Assembly: GCA_964016885.1 (NCBI GenBank)
Contig: OZ024743.1
Span: 138,694,001-138,758,000, forward strand
Reading direction: 5' to 3'
Origin: Eledone cirrhosa
Taxonomy: Eukaryota
DNA: 64,000 nucleotides
The translations under genes and the position numbers were made by a program. Below are positions 36,901 to 46,432 of the stretch, in pieces (position 1 is the first letter of the stretch; each line of letters begins with the position of its first letter). The notes under the pieces are model-generated. The model did not search any database and was not told where the DNA came from. It worked only from the letters and a program-made list of their open reading frames with translations.

Positions 36901-39900
36901 GTGCTGAGTGGTTGGTGTTTGGTGCTTGGTGTTTGGTGCTGGGTGCTTGGTTTTTGGTCCTGGGTGCTTGGTGTTTGGTGCTTGGTGCTTGGTGTTTGGT
37001 GCCTGGTGCTTGGTGCTTGATGCTTGGTGTTTGGTTTTTGGTGCTTGGTGCTTGGTGCTAGTCCTTGGTGTTTGGTGCTGGGTGCTTTGTGTTTGGTGCT
37101 TGGTGCTTGGCGCTTGGTGTTTGGTGTTTGCTGCTTGGTGTTTGATGCTTGGTGCTTGGTGCTTGGTGTTTTGTGTTTGGTGCTTGGTGCTTGGTGTTTG
37201 GTGCTTGGTGCTTGGTGCTTGGTGTTTGTACTTGGTGCTTGGTGCTTGGTGTTTGGTTCTTGGTTCTTGGTGTTTGGTGTTTTGCGTTTGGTGTTTGGTG
37301 CTTGGTGTTTGGTGCTTGGTGCTTGGTGTTTGGTGCCTGGTGCTTGGTGCTTGGTGTTTGGTGTTTGGTGCTTGGTGCTTGGAGTTTGGTGTTTGGTGCT
37401 TGGTGCTTGGTGCTTGGTCCTTGGTGTTTGGTGCAGGGTGCTTTGTGTTTGGTGATTGGTGCTTGGTGTTTGGTGTTTGCTGCTTGGTGCTTGGTGGTTG
37501 GTGTTTCTACTTGGTGCTTGGTGCTTGGTGTTTGGTTCTTGGTTCTTGGTGTTTGGTACTTGGTGCTTGGTGCTTGGTGCTTGATGTTTCGTGTTTGGTG
37601 CTTGGTGTTTGGTGCTTGGTGGTTGGTGCTTGGTGCTTGGTGCTTGGTGTTAGGTATTTGGTGCTTGGTGCTTGGTGTTTGGTGCTTGGTGTTTGGTGTT
37701 TGCTGTTTGGTGTTTGGTGTTTGCTGTTTGGTGTTTGCTGTTTGGTGTTTGGTGTTTGCTGTTTGGTGTTTGGTCTTTGGTGCTTGGTGTTTGGTGCTTG
37801 GTGTTTGGTGTTTGGTGCTTGGTGCTTGGTGCTTGGTGTTTGGTGCTTGGTGCTTGGTGTTTTGTGTTTCATGTTTGGTTTTTGGTGCTTGGTGCTTGGT
37901 GCTTGGTCCTTGGTGTTAGGTGCTGGGTGCTTTGTGTTTGGTGCTTGGTGCTTGGTGTTTGGTGTTTGCTGCTTGGTGCTTGATGCTTGGTGTTTGGTGC
38001 TTGGTGCTTGGTGCTTGGTGTTTGTACTTGGTGCTTAGTGCTTGGTGTTTGGTTCTTGGTTCTTGGTGTTTGGTGCTTGGCATTTGGTGTTTGGTGCTTG
38101 GTGCTTGGTGTTTGGTGCTTGGTGCTTGGTGTTTGGTGCCTGGTGCTTGGTGCTTGGTGCTTGGTGTTTGGAGTTTGGTGTTTGGTGCTTGGTGCTTGGT
38201 GCTTGGTCCTTGGTGTTTGGTGCTGGGTGCTTTGTGTTTGGTGATTGGTGCTTGGTGTTTGGTGTTTGCTGCTTGGTGTTTGATGCTTGGTGCTTGGTGT
38301 TTTGTGTTTGGTGCTTGGTGCTTGGTGTTTGGTGCTTGGTGCTTGGTGCTTGGTGTTTGTACTTGGTGCTTGGTGTTTGGTGTTTGGTTCTTGGTTCTTG
38401 GTGTTTGGTACTTGGTGCTTGGTGCTTGGTGCTTGGTGTTAGGTATTTGGTGCTTGGTGCTTCGTGTTTGGTGCTTGGTGTTTGGTGTTTGCTGTTTGGA
38501 GTTTGGTGTTTGGTGTTTGGTTTTGCTGTCTGGTGTCTGCTTTTTGGTGTTTAGTGTTTGCTGTATGGTGTTTGCTGTTTCGTGTTTGGTGTTTGCTGTT
38601 TGGTGTTTGGTCTTTGGTGCTTGGTGTTTGGTGCTTGGTGTTTGGTGTTTGGTGCTTGCTGCTTGGTGTTTGGTGTTTTGTGCTTGGTGCTTGGTGTTTG
38701 GTGTTTAGTGTTTGGTGCTTGGTGTCTGGTGCTTGGTGTTTGGTGTTTGGTGCTTGGTGTTTGGTGTTTGGTGATTGGTGCTTGGTGTTTGGTGTTTGCT
38801 GCTTGGTGTTTGATGCTTGGTGCTTGGTGTTTTGTGTTTGGTGCTTGGTGCTTGGTGTTTGGTGCTTGATGTTTGGTGTTTGGTGCTTGGTGTTTGGTGC
38901 TTGGTGCTTGGTGCTTGGTGCTTGGTGCTTGGTGCTTGGTGTTAGGTATTTGGTGCTTGGTGCTTGGTGTTTGGTGCTTGGTGTTTGGTGTTTGCTGTTT
39001 GGTGTTTGGTGTTTGCTGTTTGGTGTTTGCTGTTTGGTGTTTGGTGTTTGCTGTTTGGTGTTTGGTCTTTGGTGCTTGGTGTTTGGTGCTTGGTGTTTGG
39101 TGTTTGGTGCTTGGTGCTTGGTGTTTGGTGTTTGGTGCTTGGTGCCTGGTGTTTGGTGTTTGGTGTTTGGTGCTTGGTGTCTGGTGCTTGGTGTTTGGTA
39201 CTTGGTGTTTGGTGTTTGGTGCTTGGTGCTTGGTGTTTGGTGTTTGGTGCTTGGTGTTTGGTGTTTGGTGCTTGTTGGTTGGTGCTTGATGTTTGGTGCT
39301 TGGTGCTTGGTGTTTGGTGCTGGGTGCTTGGTGCTTGTTATTTGGTTTTTGGTGCTTGGTGCTTGGTGTTTGGTGTTTGGTGTTATATGCTTGGTGTTTG
39401 ATGCTTGGTGCTTGGTGCTTGGTGTTTGGTGTTTGGTGTTTGGTGCTTGGTGCTTGGTGTTTGGTGCTTGGTGCTGAGTGGTTGGTGTTTGGTGCTTGGT
39501 GTTTGGTGCTGGGTGCTTGGTGTTTGGTGCTGGGTGCTTGGTGTTTGGTGCTTGGTGCTTGGTCTTTGGTGCTTGGTGTTTGGTGCTTGGTGCTTGGTGC
39601 TTGGTGTTTGGTGCTTGGTGCTTGGTGTTTGGTGCTTGGTGCTTGGTGTTTGCTGTTTGCTGTTTGGTGTTTGTTGTTTGGTGTTTGTTGTTTGGTGTTT
39701 GCTGTTTGGTGTTTGGTGTTTGCTTTTTGGTGTTTGGTGTTTGCTGTATGTTGTTTGCTGTTTGGTGTTTGGTGTTTGGTGCCTGGTGCTTGGTGCTTGG
39801 TGCTTGGTGTTTGGTGTTTGGTGCTTGGTGCTTGGTGCTTGGTGTTTGGTGCTTGGTGCTTGGTGTTTTGTGTTTCGTGTTTGGTTTTTGGTGCTTGGTG

Positions 39901-42900
39901 CTTGGTGTTAGGTGCTGGGTGCTTTGTGTTTGGTGCTTGGTGCTTGGTGTTTGGTGTTTGCTGCTTGGTGCTTGATGCTTGGTGTTTGGTGCTTGGTGCT
40001 TGGTGCTTGGTGTTTGTACTTGGTGCTTGGTGCTTGGTGTTTGGTTCTTGGTTCTTGGTGTTTGGTGTTTGGCATTTGGTGTTTGGTGCTTGGTGCTTGG
40101 TGTTTGGTGCTTGGTGCTTGGTGTTTGGTGCCTGGTGCTTGGTGCTTGGTGCTTGGTGTTTGGAGTTTGGTGTTTGGTGCTTGGTGCTTGGTGCTTGGTC
40201 CTTGGTGTTTGGTGCTGGGTGCTTTGTGTTTGGTGATTGGTGCTTGGTGTTTGGTGTTTGCTGCTTGGTGTTTGATGCTTGGTGCTTGGTGTTTTGTGTT
40301 TGGTGCTTGGTGCTTGGTGCTTGGTGTTTGTACTTGGTGCTTGGTGTTTGGTGTTTGGTTCTTGGTTCTTGGTGTTTGGTACTTGGTGCTTGGTGCTTGG
40401 TGCTTGGTGTTAGGTATTTGGTGCTTGGTGCTTCGTGTTTGGTGCTTGGTGTTTGGTGTTTGCTGTTTGGAGTTTGGTGTTTGGTGTTTGGTTTTGCTGT
40501 CTGGTGTCTGCTTTTTGGTGTTTAGTGTTTGCTGTATGGTGTTTGCTGTTTCGTGTTTGGTGTTTGCTGTTTGGTGTTTGGTCTTTGGTGCTTGGTGTTT
40601 GGTGCTTGGTGTTTGGTGTTTGGTGCTTGCTGCTTGGTGTTTGGTGTTTGGTGCTTGGTGCTTGGTGTTTGGTGTTTAGTGTTTGGTGCTTGGTGTCTGG
40701 TGCTTGGTGTTTGGTGTTTGGTGCTTGGTGTTTGGTGTTTGGTGATTGGTGCTTGGTGTTTGGTGTTTGCTGCTTGGTGTTTGATGCTTGGTGCTTGGTG
40801 TTTTGTGTTTGGTGCTTGGTGCTTGGTGTTTGGTTCTTGGTTCTTGGTGTTTGGTACTTGGTGCTTGGTGTTTGGTGTTTGCTGTTTGGTGTTTGGTGTT
40901 TGGTGTTTGGTGTTTGCTGTTTGGTGTCTGCTTTTTGGTGTTTAGTGTTTGCTGTATGGTGTTTGGTGTTTGCTGTTTGGTGTTTGGTCTTTGGTGCTTG
41001 GTGTTTGGTGCTCGGTGCTTGGTGTTTGGTATTCGGTGCTTGCTGCTTGGTGTTTGGTGCTTGGTGTTTGGTGTTTGGTGTTTGGTGCTTGGTGTCTGGT
41101 GCTTGGTGTTTGGTGCTTGGTGTTTGGTGTTTGGTGCTTGGTGTTTGGTGTTTGGTGTTTGGTGCTTGGTGCTTGGTGTTTGGTGTTTGGTGTTTGGTGC
41201 TTGGTGTCTGGTGCTTGGTGTTTGGTGTTTGGTGCTTGGTGTTTGGTGTTTGGTGTTTGTTGCTTGGTGCTTGGTGCTTGGTGTTTGGTGTTTGGTGTTT
41301 GGTGCTTGGTGCTTGGTGTTTGGTGCTTGGTGCTGAGTGGTTGGTGTTTGGTGCTTGGTGTTTGGTGCTGGGTGCTTGGTTTTTGGTCCTGGGTGCTTGG
41401 TGTTTGGTGCTTGGTGCTTGGTGCTTGGTGTTTGGTGCTTGGTGCTTGGTGTTTGGTGCTTGGTGCTTAGTGTTTGGTGCTAGGTGCTTGGTGTTTGGTG
41501 CTTGGTGTTTGGTGCTTGGTGCTTGGTGTTTGGTGTTTGGTGTTTGGTGCTTGGTGTTTGGTGCTTGGTGCTTGGTGTTTGGTGTTTGGTGCTTGGTGCT
41601 TGGTGCTTGGTGTTTGGTGTTTGGTGTTTGGTGCTTGGTGCTTGGTGTTTGGTGCTTGGTGCTGAGTGGTTGGTGTTTGGTGCTTGGTGCTTGGTGTTTG
41701 GTGTTTGGTGCTTGGTGCTAGGTGCTTGGTGTTTGGTGCTTGGTGTTTGGTGCTTGGTGCTTGGTGTTTGGTGTTTGGTGTTTGGTGCTTGGTGCTTGGT
41801 GTTTGCTGTTTGCTGTTTGGTGTTTGTTGTTTGGTGTTTGTTGTTTGGTGTTTGCTGTTTGGTGTTTGGTGTTTGCTATTTGGTGTTTGGTGTTTGCTGT
41901 ATGTTGTTTGCTGTTTGGTGTTTGGTGTTTGGTGTTTGGTGTTTGGTGTTTGGTGTTTGGTGCTTGGTGTTTGGTGCTTGGTGCTTGGTGTTTGGTGCCT
42001 GGTGCTTGGTGCTTGATGCTTGGTGTTTGGTTTTTGGTGCTTGGTGCTTGGTGCTTGGTCCTTGGTGTTTGGTGCTGGGTGCTTTGTGTTTGGTGCTTGG
42101 TGCTTGGTGCTTGGTGTTTGGTGTTTGCTGCTTGGTGTTTGATGCTTGGTGCTTGGTGCTTGGTGTTTTGTGTTTGGTGCTTGGTGCTTGGTGTTTGGTG
42201 CTTGGTGCTTGGTGCTTGGTGTTTGTACTTGGTGCTTGGTGCTTGGTGCTTGGTGTTTGGTTCTTGGTTCTTGGTGTTTGGTGTTTTGCGTTTGGTGTTT
42301 GGTGCTTGGTGCTTGGTGTTTGGTGCCTGGTGCTTGGTGCTTGGTGCTTGGTGTTTGGTGTTTGGTGCTTGGTGCTTGGAGTTTGGTGTTTGGTGCTTGG
42401 TGCTTGGTGCTTGGTCCTTGGTGTTTGGTGCAGGGTGCTTTGTGTTTGGTGATTGGTGCTTGGTGTTTGGTGTTTGCTGCTTGGTGCTTGGTGCTTGGTG
42501 TTTCTACTTGGTGCTTGGTGCTTGGTGTTTGGTTCTTGGTTCTTGGTGTTTGGTACTTGGTGCTTGGTGCTTGGTGCTTGATGTTTGGTGTTTGGTGCTT
42601 GGTGTTTGGTGCTTGGTGGTTGGTGCTTGGTGCTTGGTGCTTGGTGTTAGGTATTTGGTGCTTGGTCCTTGGTGTTTGGCGCTTGGTGTTTGGTGTTTGC
42701 TGTTTGGTGTTTGGTGTTTGCTGTTTGGTGTTTGCTGTTTGGTGTTTGGTGTTTGCTGTTTGGTGTTTGGTCTTTGGTGCTTGGTGTTTGGTGCTTGGTG
42801 TTTGGTGTTTGGTGCTTGGTGCTTGGTGCTTGGTGTTTGGTGCTTGGTGCTTGGTGCTTGGTGTTTTGTGTTTCGTGTTTGGTTTTTGGTGCTTGGTGCT

Positions 42901-45900
42901 TGGTGCTTGGTCCTTGGTGTTAGGTGCTGGGTGCTTTGTGTTTGGTGCTTGGTGCTTGGTGTTTGGTGTTTGATGCTTGGTGCTTGATGCTTGGTGTTTG
43001 GTGCTTGGTGCTTGGTGCTTCGTGTTTGTACTTGGTGCTTAGTGCTTGGTGTTTGGTTCTTGGTTCTTGGTGTTTGGTGCTTGGCATTTGGTGTTTGGTG
43101 CTTGGTGCTTGGTGTTTGGTGCTTGGTGCTTGGTGTTTGGTGCCTGGTGCTTGGTGCTTGGTGCTTGTTGTTTGGAGTTTGGTGTTTGTTGCTTGGTGCT
43201 TGGTGCTTGGTCCTTGGTGTTTGGTGCTGGGTGCTTTGTGTTTGGTGATTGGTACTTGGTGTTTGGTGTTTGCTGCTTGGTGTTTGATGCTTGGTGCTTG
43301 GTGTTTTGTGTTTGGTGCTTGGTGCTTGGTGTTTGGTGCTTGGTGCTTGGTGCTTGGTGTTTGTACTTGGTGCTTGGTGTTTGGTGTTTGGTTCTTGGTT
43401 CTTGGTGTTTGGTACTTGGTGCTTGGTGCTTGGTGCTTGGTGTTAGGTATTTCGTGCTTGGTGCTTCGTGTTTGGTGCTTGGTGTTTGGTGTTTGCTGTT
43501 TGGAGTTTGGTGTTTGGTGTTTGGTTTTGCTGTCTGGTGTCTGCTTTTTGGTGTTTAGTGTTTGCTGTATGGTGTTTGCTGTTTCGTGTTTGGTGTTTGC
43601 TGTTTGGTGTTTGGTCTTTGGTGCTTGGTGTTTGGTGCTTGGTGTTTGGTGTTTGGTGCTTGCTGCTTGGTGTTTGGTGTTTGGTGCTTGGTGCTTGGTG
43701 TTTGGTGTTTAGTGTTTGGTGCTTGGTGTCTGGTGCTTGGTGTTTGGTGTTTGGTGCTTGGTGTTTGGTGTTTGGTGATTGGTGCTTGGTGTTTGGTGTT
43801 TGCTGCTTGGTGTTTGATGCTTGGTGCTTGGTGTTTTGTGTTTGGTGCTTGGTGCTTGGTGTTTGGTGCTTGGTGCTTGGTGCTTGGTGTTTGTACTTGG
43901 TGCTTGGTGCTTGGTGTTTGGTTCTTGGTTCTTGGTGTTTGGTACTTGGTGCTTGGTGTTTGGTATTTGCTGTTTGGTGTTTGGTGTTTGGTGTTTGGTG
44001 TTTGCTGTTTGGTGTCTGCTTTTTGGTGTTTAGTGTTTGCTGTATGGTGTTTGGTGTTTGCTGTTTCGTGTTTGGTCTTTGGTGCTTGGTGTTTGGTGCT
44101 CGGTGCTTGGTGTTTGGTATTCGGTGCTTGGTGCTTGGTGTTTGGTGCTTGGTGTTTGGTGTTTGGTGTTTGGTGCTTGGTGTCTGGTGCTTGGTGTTTG
44201 GTGCTTGGTGTTTGGTGTTTGGTGCTTGGTGTTTGGTGTTTGGTGTTTGGTGCTTGGTGCTTGGTGTTTGGTGTCTGGTGTTTGGTGTTTGGTGTCTGGT
44301 GCTTGGTGTTTGGTGTTTGGTGCTTGGTGTTTGGTGTTTGGTGTTTGGTGCTTGGTGCTTGGTGCTTGGTGTTTGGTGTTTGGTGTTTGGTGCTTGGTGC
44401 TTGGTGTTTGTACTTGGTGCTTGGTGCTTGGTGTTTGGTTCTTGGTTCTTGGTGTTTGGTGTTTTGCGTTTGGTGTTTGGTGCTTGGTGTTTGGTGCTTG
44501 GTGCTTGGTGTTTGGTGCCTGGTGCTTGGTGCTTGGTGCTTGGTGTTTGGTGTTTGGTGCTTGGTGCTTGGAGTTTGGTGTTTGGTGCTTGGTGCTTGGT
44601 GCTTGGTACTTGGTGTTTGGTGCTGGGTGCTTTGTGTTTGGTGATTGGTGCTTGGTGTTTGGTGTTTGCTGCTTGGTGTTTGATGCTTGGTGTTTTGTAT
44701 TTGGTGCTTGGTGCTTGGTGTTTGGTGCTTGGTGCTTGGTGCTTGGTGTTTGGTACTTGGTGCTTGGTGCTTGGTGCTTGATGTTTGGTGTTTGGTGCTT
44801 GGTGTTTGGTGCTTGGTGGTTGGTGCTTGGTGCTTGGTGCTTGGTGTTAGGTATTTGGTGCTTGGTGCTTGGTGTTTGGTGCTTGGTGTTTGGTGTTTGC
44901 TGTTTGGTGTTTGGTGTTTGCTGTTTGGTGTTTGCTGTTTGGTGTTTGGTGTTTGCTGTTTGGTGTTTGGTCTTTGGTGCTTGGTGTTTGGTGCTTGGTG
45001 TTTGGTGTTTGGTGCTTGGTGCTTGGTGTTTGGTGTTTGGTGCTTGGTGCTTGGTGTTTGGTGTTTGGTGTTTGGTGCTTGGTGTCTGGTGCTTGGTGTT
45101 TGGTGTTTGGTGCTTGGTGTTTGGTGTTTGGTGCTTGGTGCTTGGTGTTTGGTGTTTGGTGCTTGGTGTTTGCTGTTTGGTGCTTGTTGCTTGGTGCTTG
45201 ATGTTTGGTGCTTGGTGCTTGGTGTTTGGTGCTGGGTGTTTGGTGTTTGGTGCTTTGTGCTTGGTGTTTGGTGCTTGGTGCTGAGTGGTTGGTGTTTGGT
45301 GCTTGGTGTTTGGTGCTGGGTGCTTGGTGTTTGGTGCTGGGTGCTTGGTGTTTGGTGCTTGGTGCTTGGTCTTTGGTGCTTGGTGTTTGGTGCTTGGTGC
45401 TTGGTGCTTGGTGTTTGGTGCTTGGTGCTTGGTGTTTGGTGCTTGGTGCTTGGTGTTTGCTGTTTGCTGTTTGGTGTTTGTTGTTTGGTGTTTGTTGTTT
45501 GGTGTTTGCTGTATGTTGTTTGCTGTTTGGTGTTTGGTGTTTGGTGTTTGGTGCTTGGTGCTTGGTGTTTGGTGCCTGGTGCTTGGTGCTTGGTGCTTGG
45601 TGTTTGGTGTTTGGTGCTTGGTGCTTGGTGCTTGGTGTTTGGTGTTTGGTGCTTGGTGCTTGGTGTTTTGTGTTTCGTGTTTGGTTTTTGGTGCTTGGTG
45701 CTTGGTGCTTGGTCCTTGGTGTTAGGTGCTGGGTGCTTTGTGTTTGGTGCTTGGTGCTTGGTGTTTGGTGTTTGCTGCTTGGTGCTTGATGCTTGGTGTT
45801 TGGTGCTTGGTGCTTGGTGCTTGGTGTTTGTACTTGGTGCTTGGTGCTTGGTGTTTGGTTCTTGGTTCTTGGTGTTTGGTGTTTGGCATTTGGTGTTTGG

Positions 45901-46416
45901 TGCTTGGTGCTTGGTGTTTGGTGCTTGGTGCTTGGTGTTTGGTGCCTGGTGCTTGGTGCTTGGTGCTTGGTGTTTGGTGTTTGGGGCTTGGTGCTTGGAG
46001 TTTGGTGTTTGGTGCTTGGTGCTTGGTGCTTGGTGTTTGGTGCTGGGTGCTTTGTGTTTGGTGATTGGTGCTTGGTGTTTGGTGTTTGCTGCTTGGTGTT
46101 TGATGCTTGGTGCTTGGTGTTTTGTGTTTGGTGCTTGGTGCTTGGTGTTTGGTGCTTGGTGCTTGGTGCTTGGTGTTTGTACTTGGTGCTTGGTGTTTGG
46201 TGTTTGGTTCTTGGTTCTTGGTGTTTGGTACTTGGTGCTTGGTGCTTGGTGCTTGGTGTTAGGTATTTGGTGCTTGGTGCTTCGTGTTTGGTGCTTGGTG
46301 TTTGGTGTTTGCTGTTTGGAGTTTGGTGTTTGGTGTTTGGTTTTGCTGTCTGGTGTCTGCTTTTTGGTGTTTAGTGTTTGCTGTATGGTGTTTGCTGTTT
46401 CGTGTTTGGTGTTTGC
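28900..46416 (+). repeat. Patchwork of re-used 1-3 kb modules in the junction-proximal left arm
   Basis: Marker ggtgcagggtg at ~30080, ~37430 and ~42427. ORF offsets 30570/37920/42924 (7350, 5004) and 34809/39293 (4484). Marker ggttttgctgtctgg at 36041, 38519, 40490, 43523 and 46339. Confidence 0.8.
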
Positions 46417-46432
46417 ACCCAACACCAAACAC
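46401..46432. other. Head-to-head orientation-switch junction between the two arms
   Basis: Sequence cgtgtttggtgtttgc|acccaacaccaaac. Composition changes from G/T-rich to C/A-rich within one base, with no inserted sequence. Confidence 0.97.

Larger units (their letters stand above)
1..46416 (+). repeat. Heptamer satellite array (TTGGTGY)n, left arm, G/T-rich strand on +
   Basis: Continuous TTGGTGC/TTGGTGT units from base 1 to ...cgtgtttggtgtttgc at 46416, with recurrent single-base variants (TTGCTGT, TTGTTGT, TTGATGC, TTGGTAC, TAGGTGT, TTGGTGA). A is nearly absent from the + strand. No unique sequence interrupts it, and it runs off the left edge. Confidence 0.99.

Noticed and set aside
46416-46416. 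Replication origin or terminus implied by the abrupt GC/AT skew flip
   Set aside because: The skew is entirely due to repeat orientation, and there is no gene-containing context or origin motif.
1-46416. Chi-like sites (GCTGGTGG) or stable G-quadruplex array
   Set aside because: GCTTGGTG only resembles Chi. The units have single GG doublets with 5-nt loops, so at best weak two-tetrad structures.
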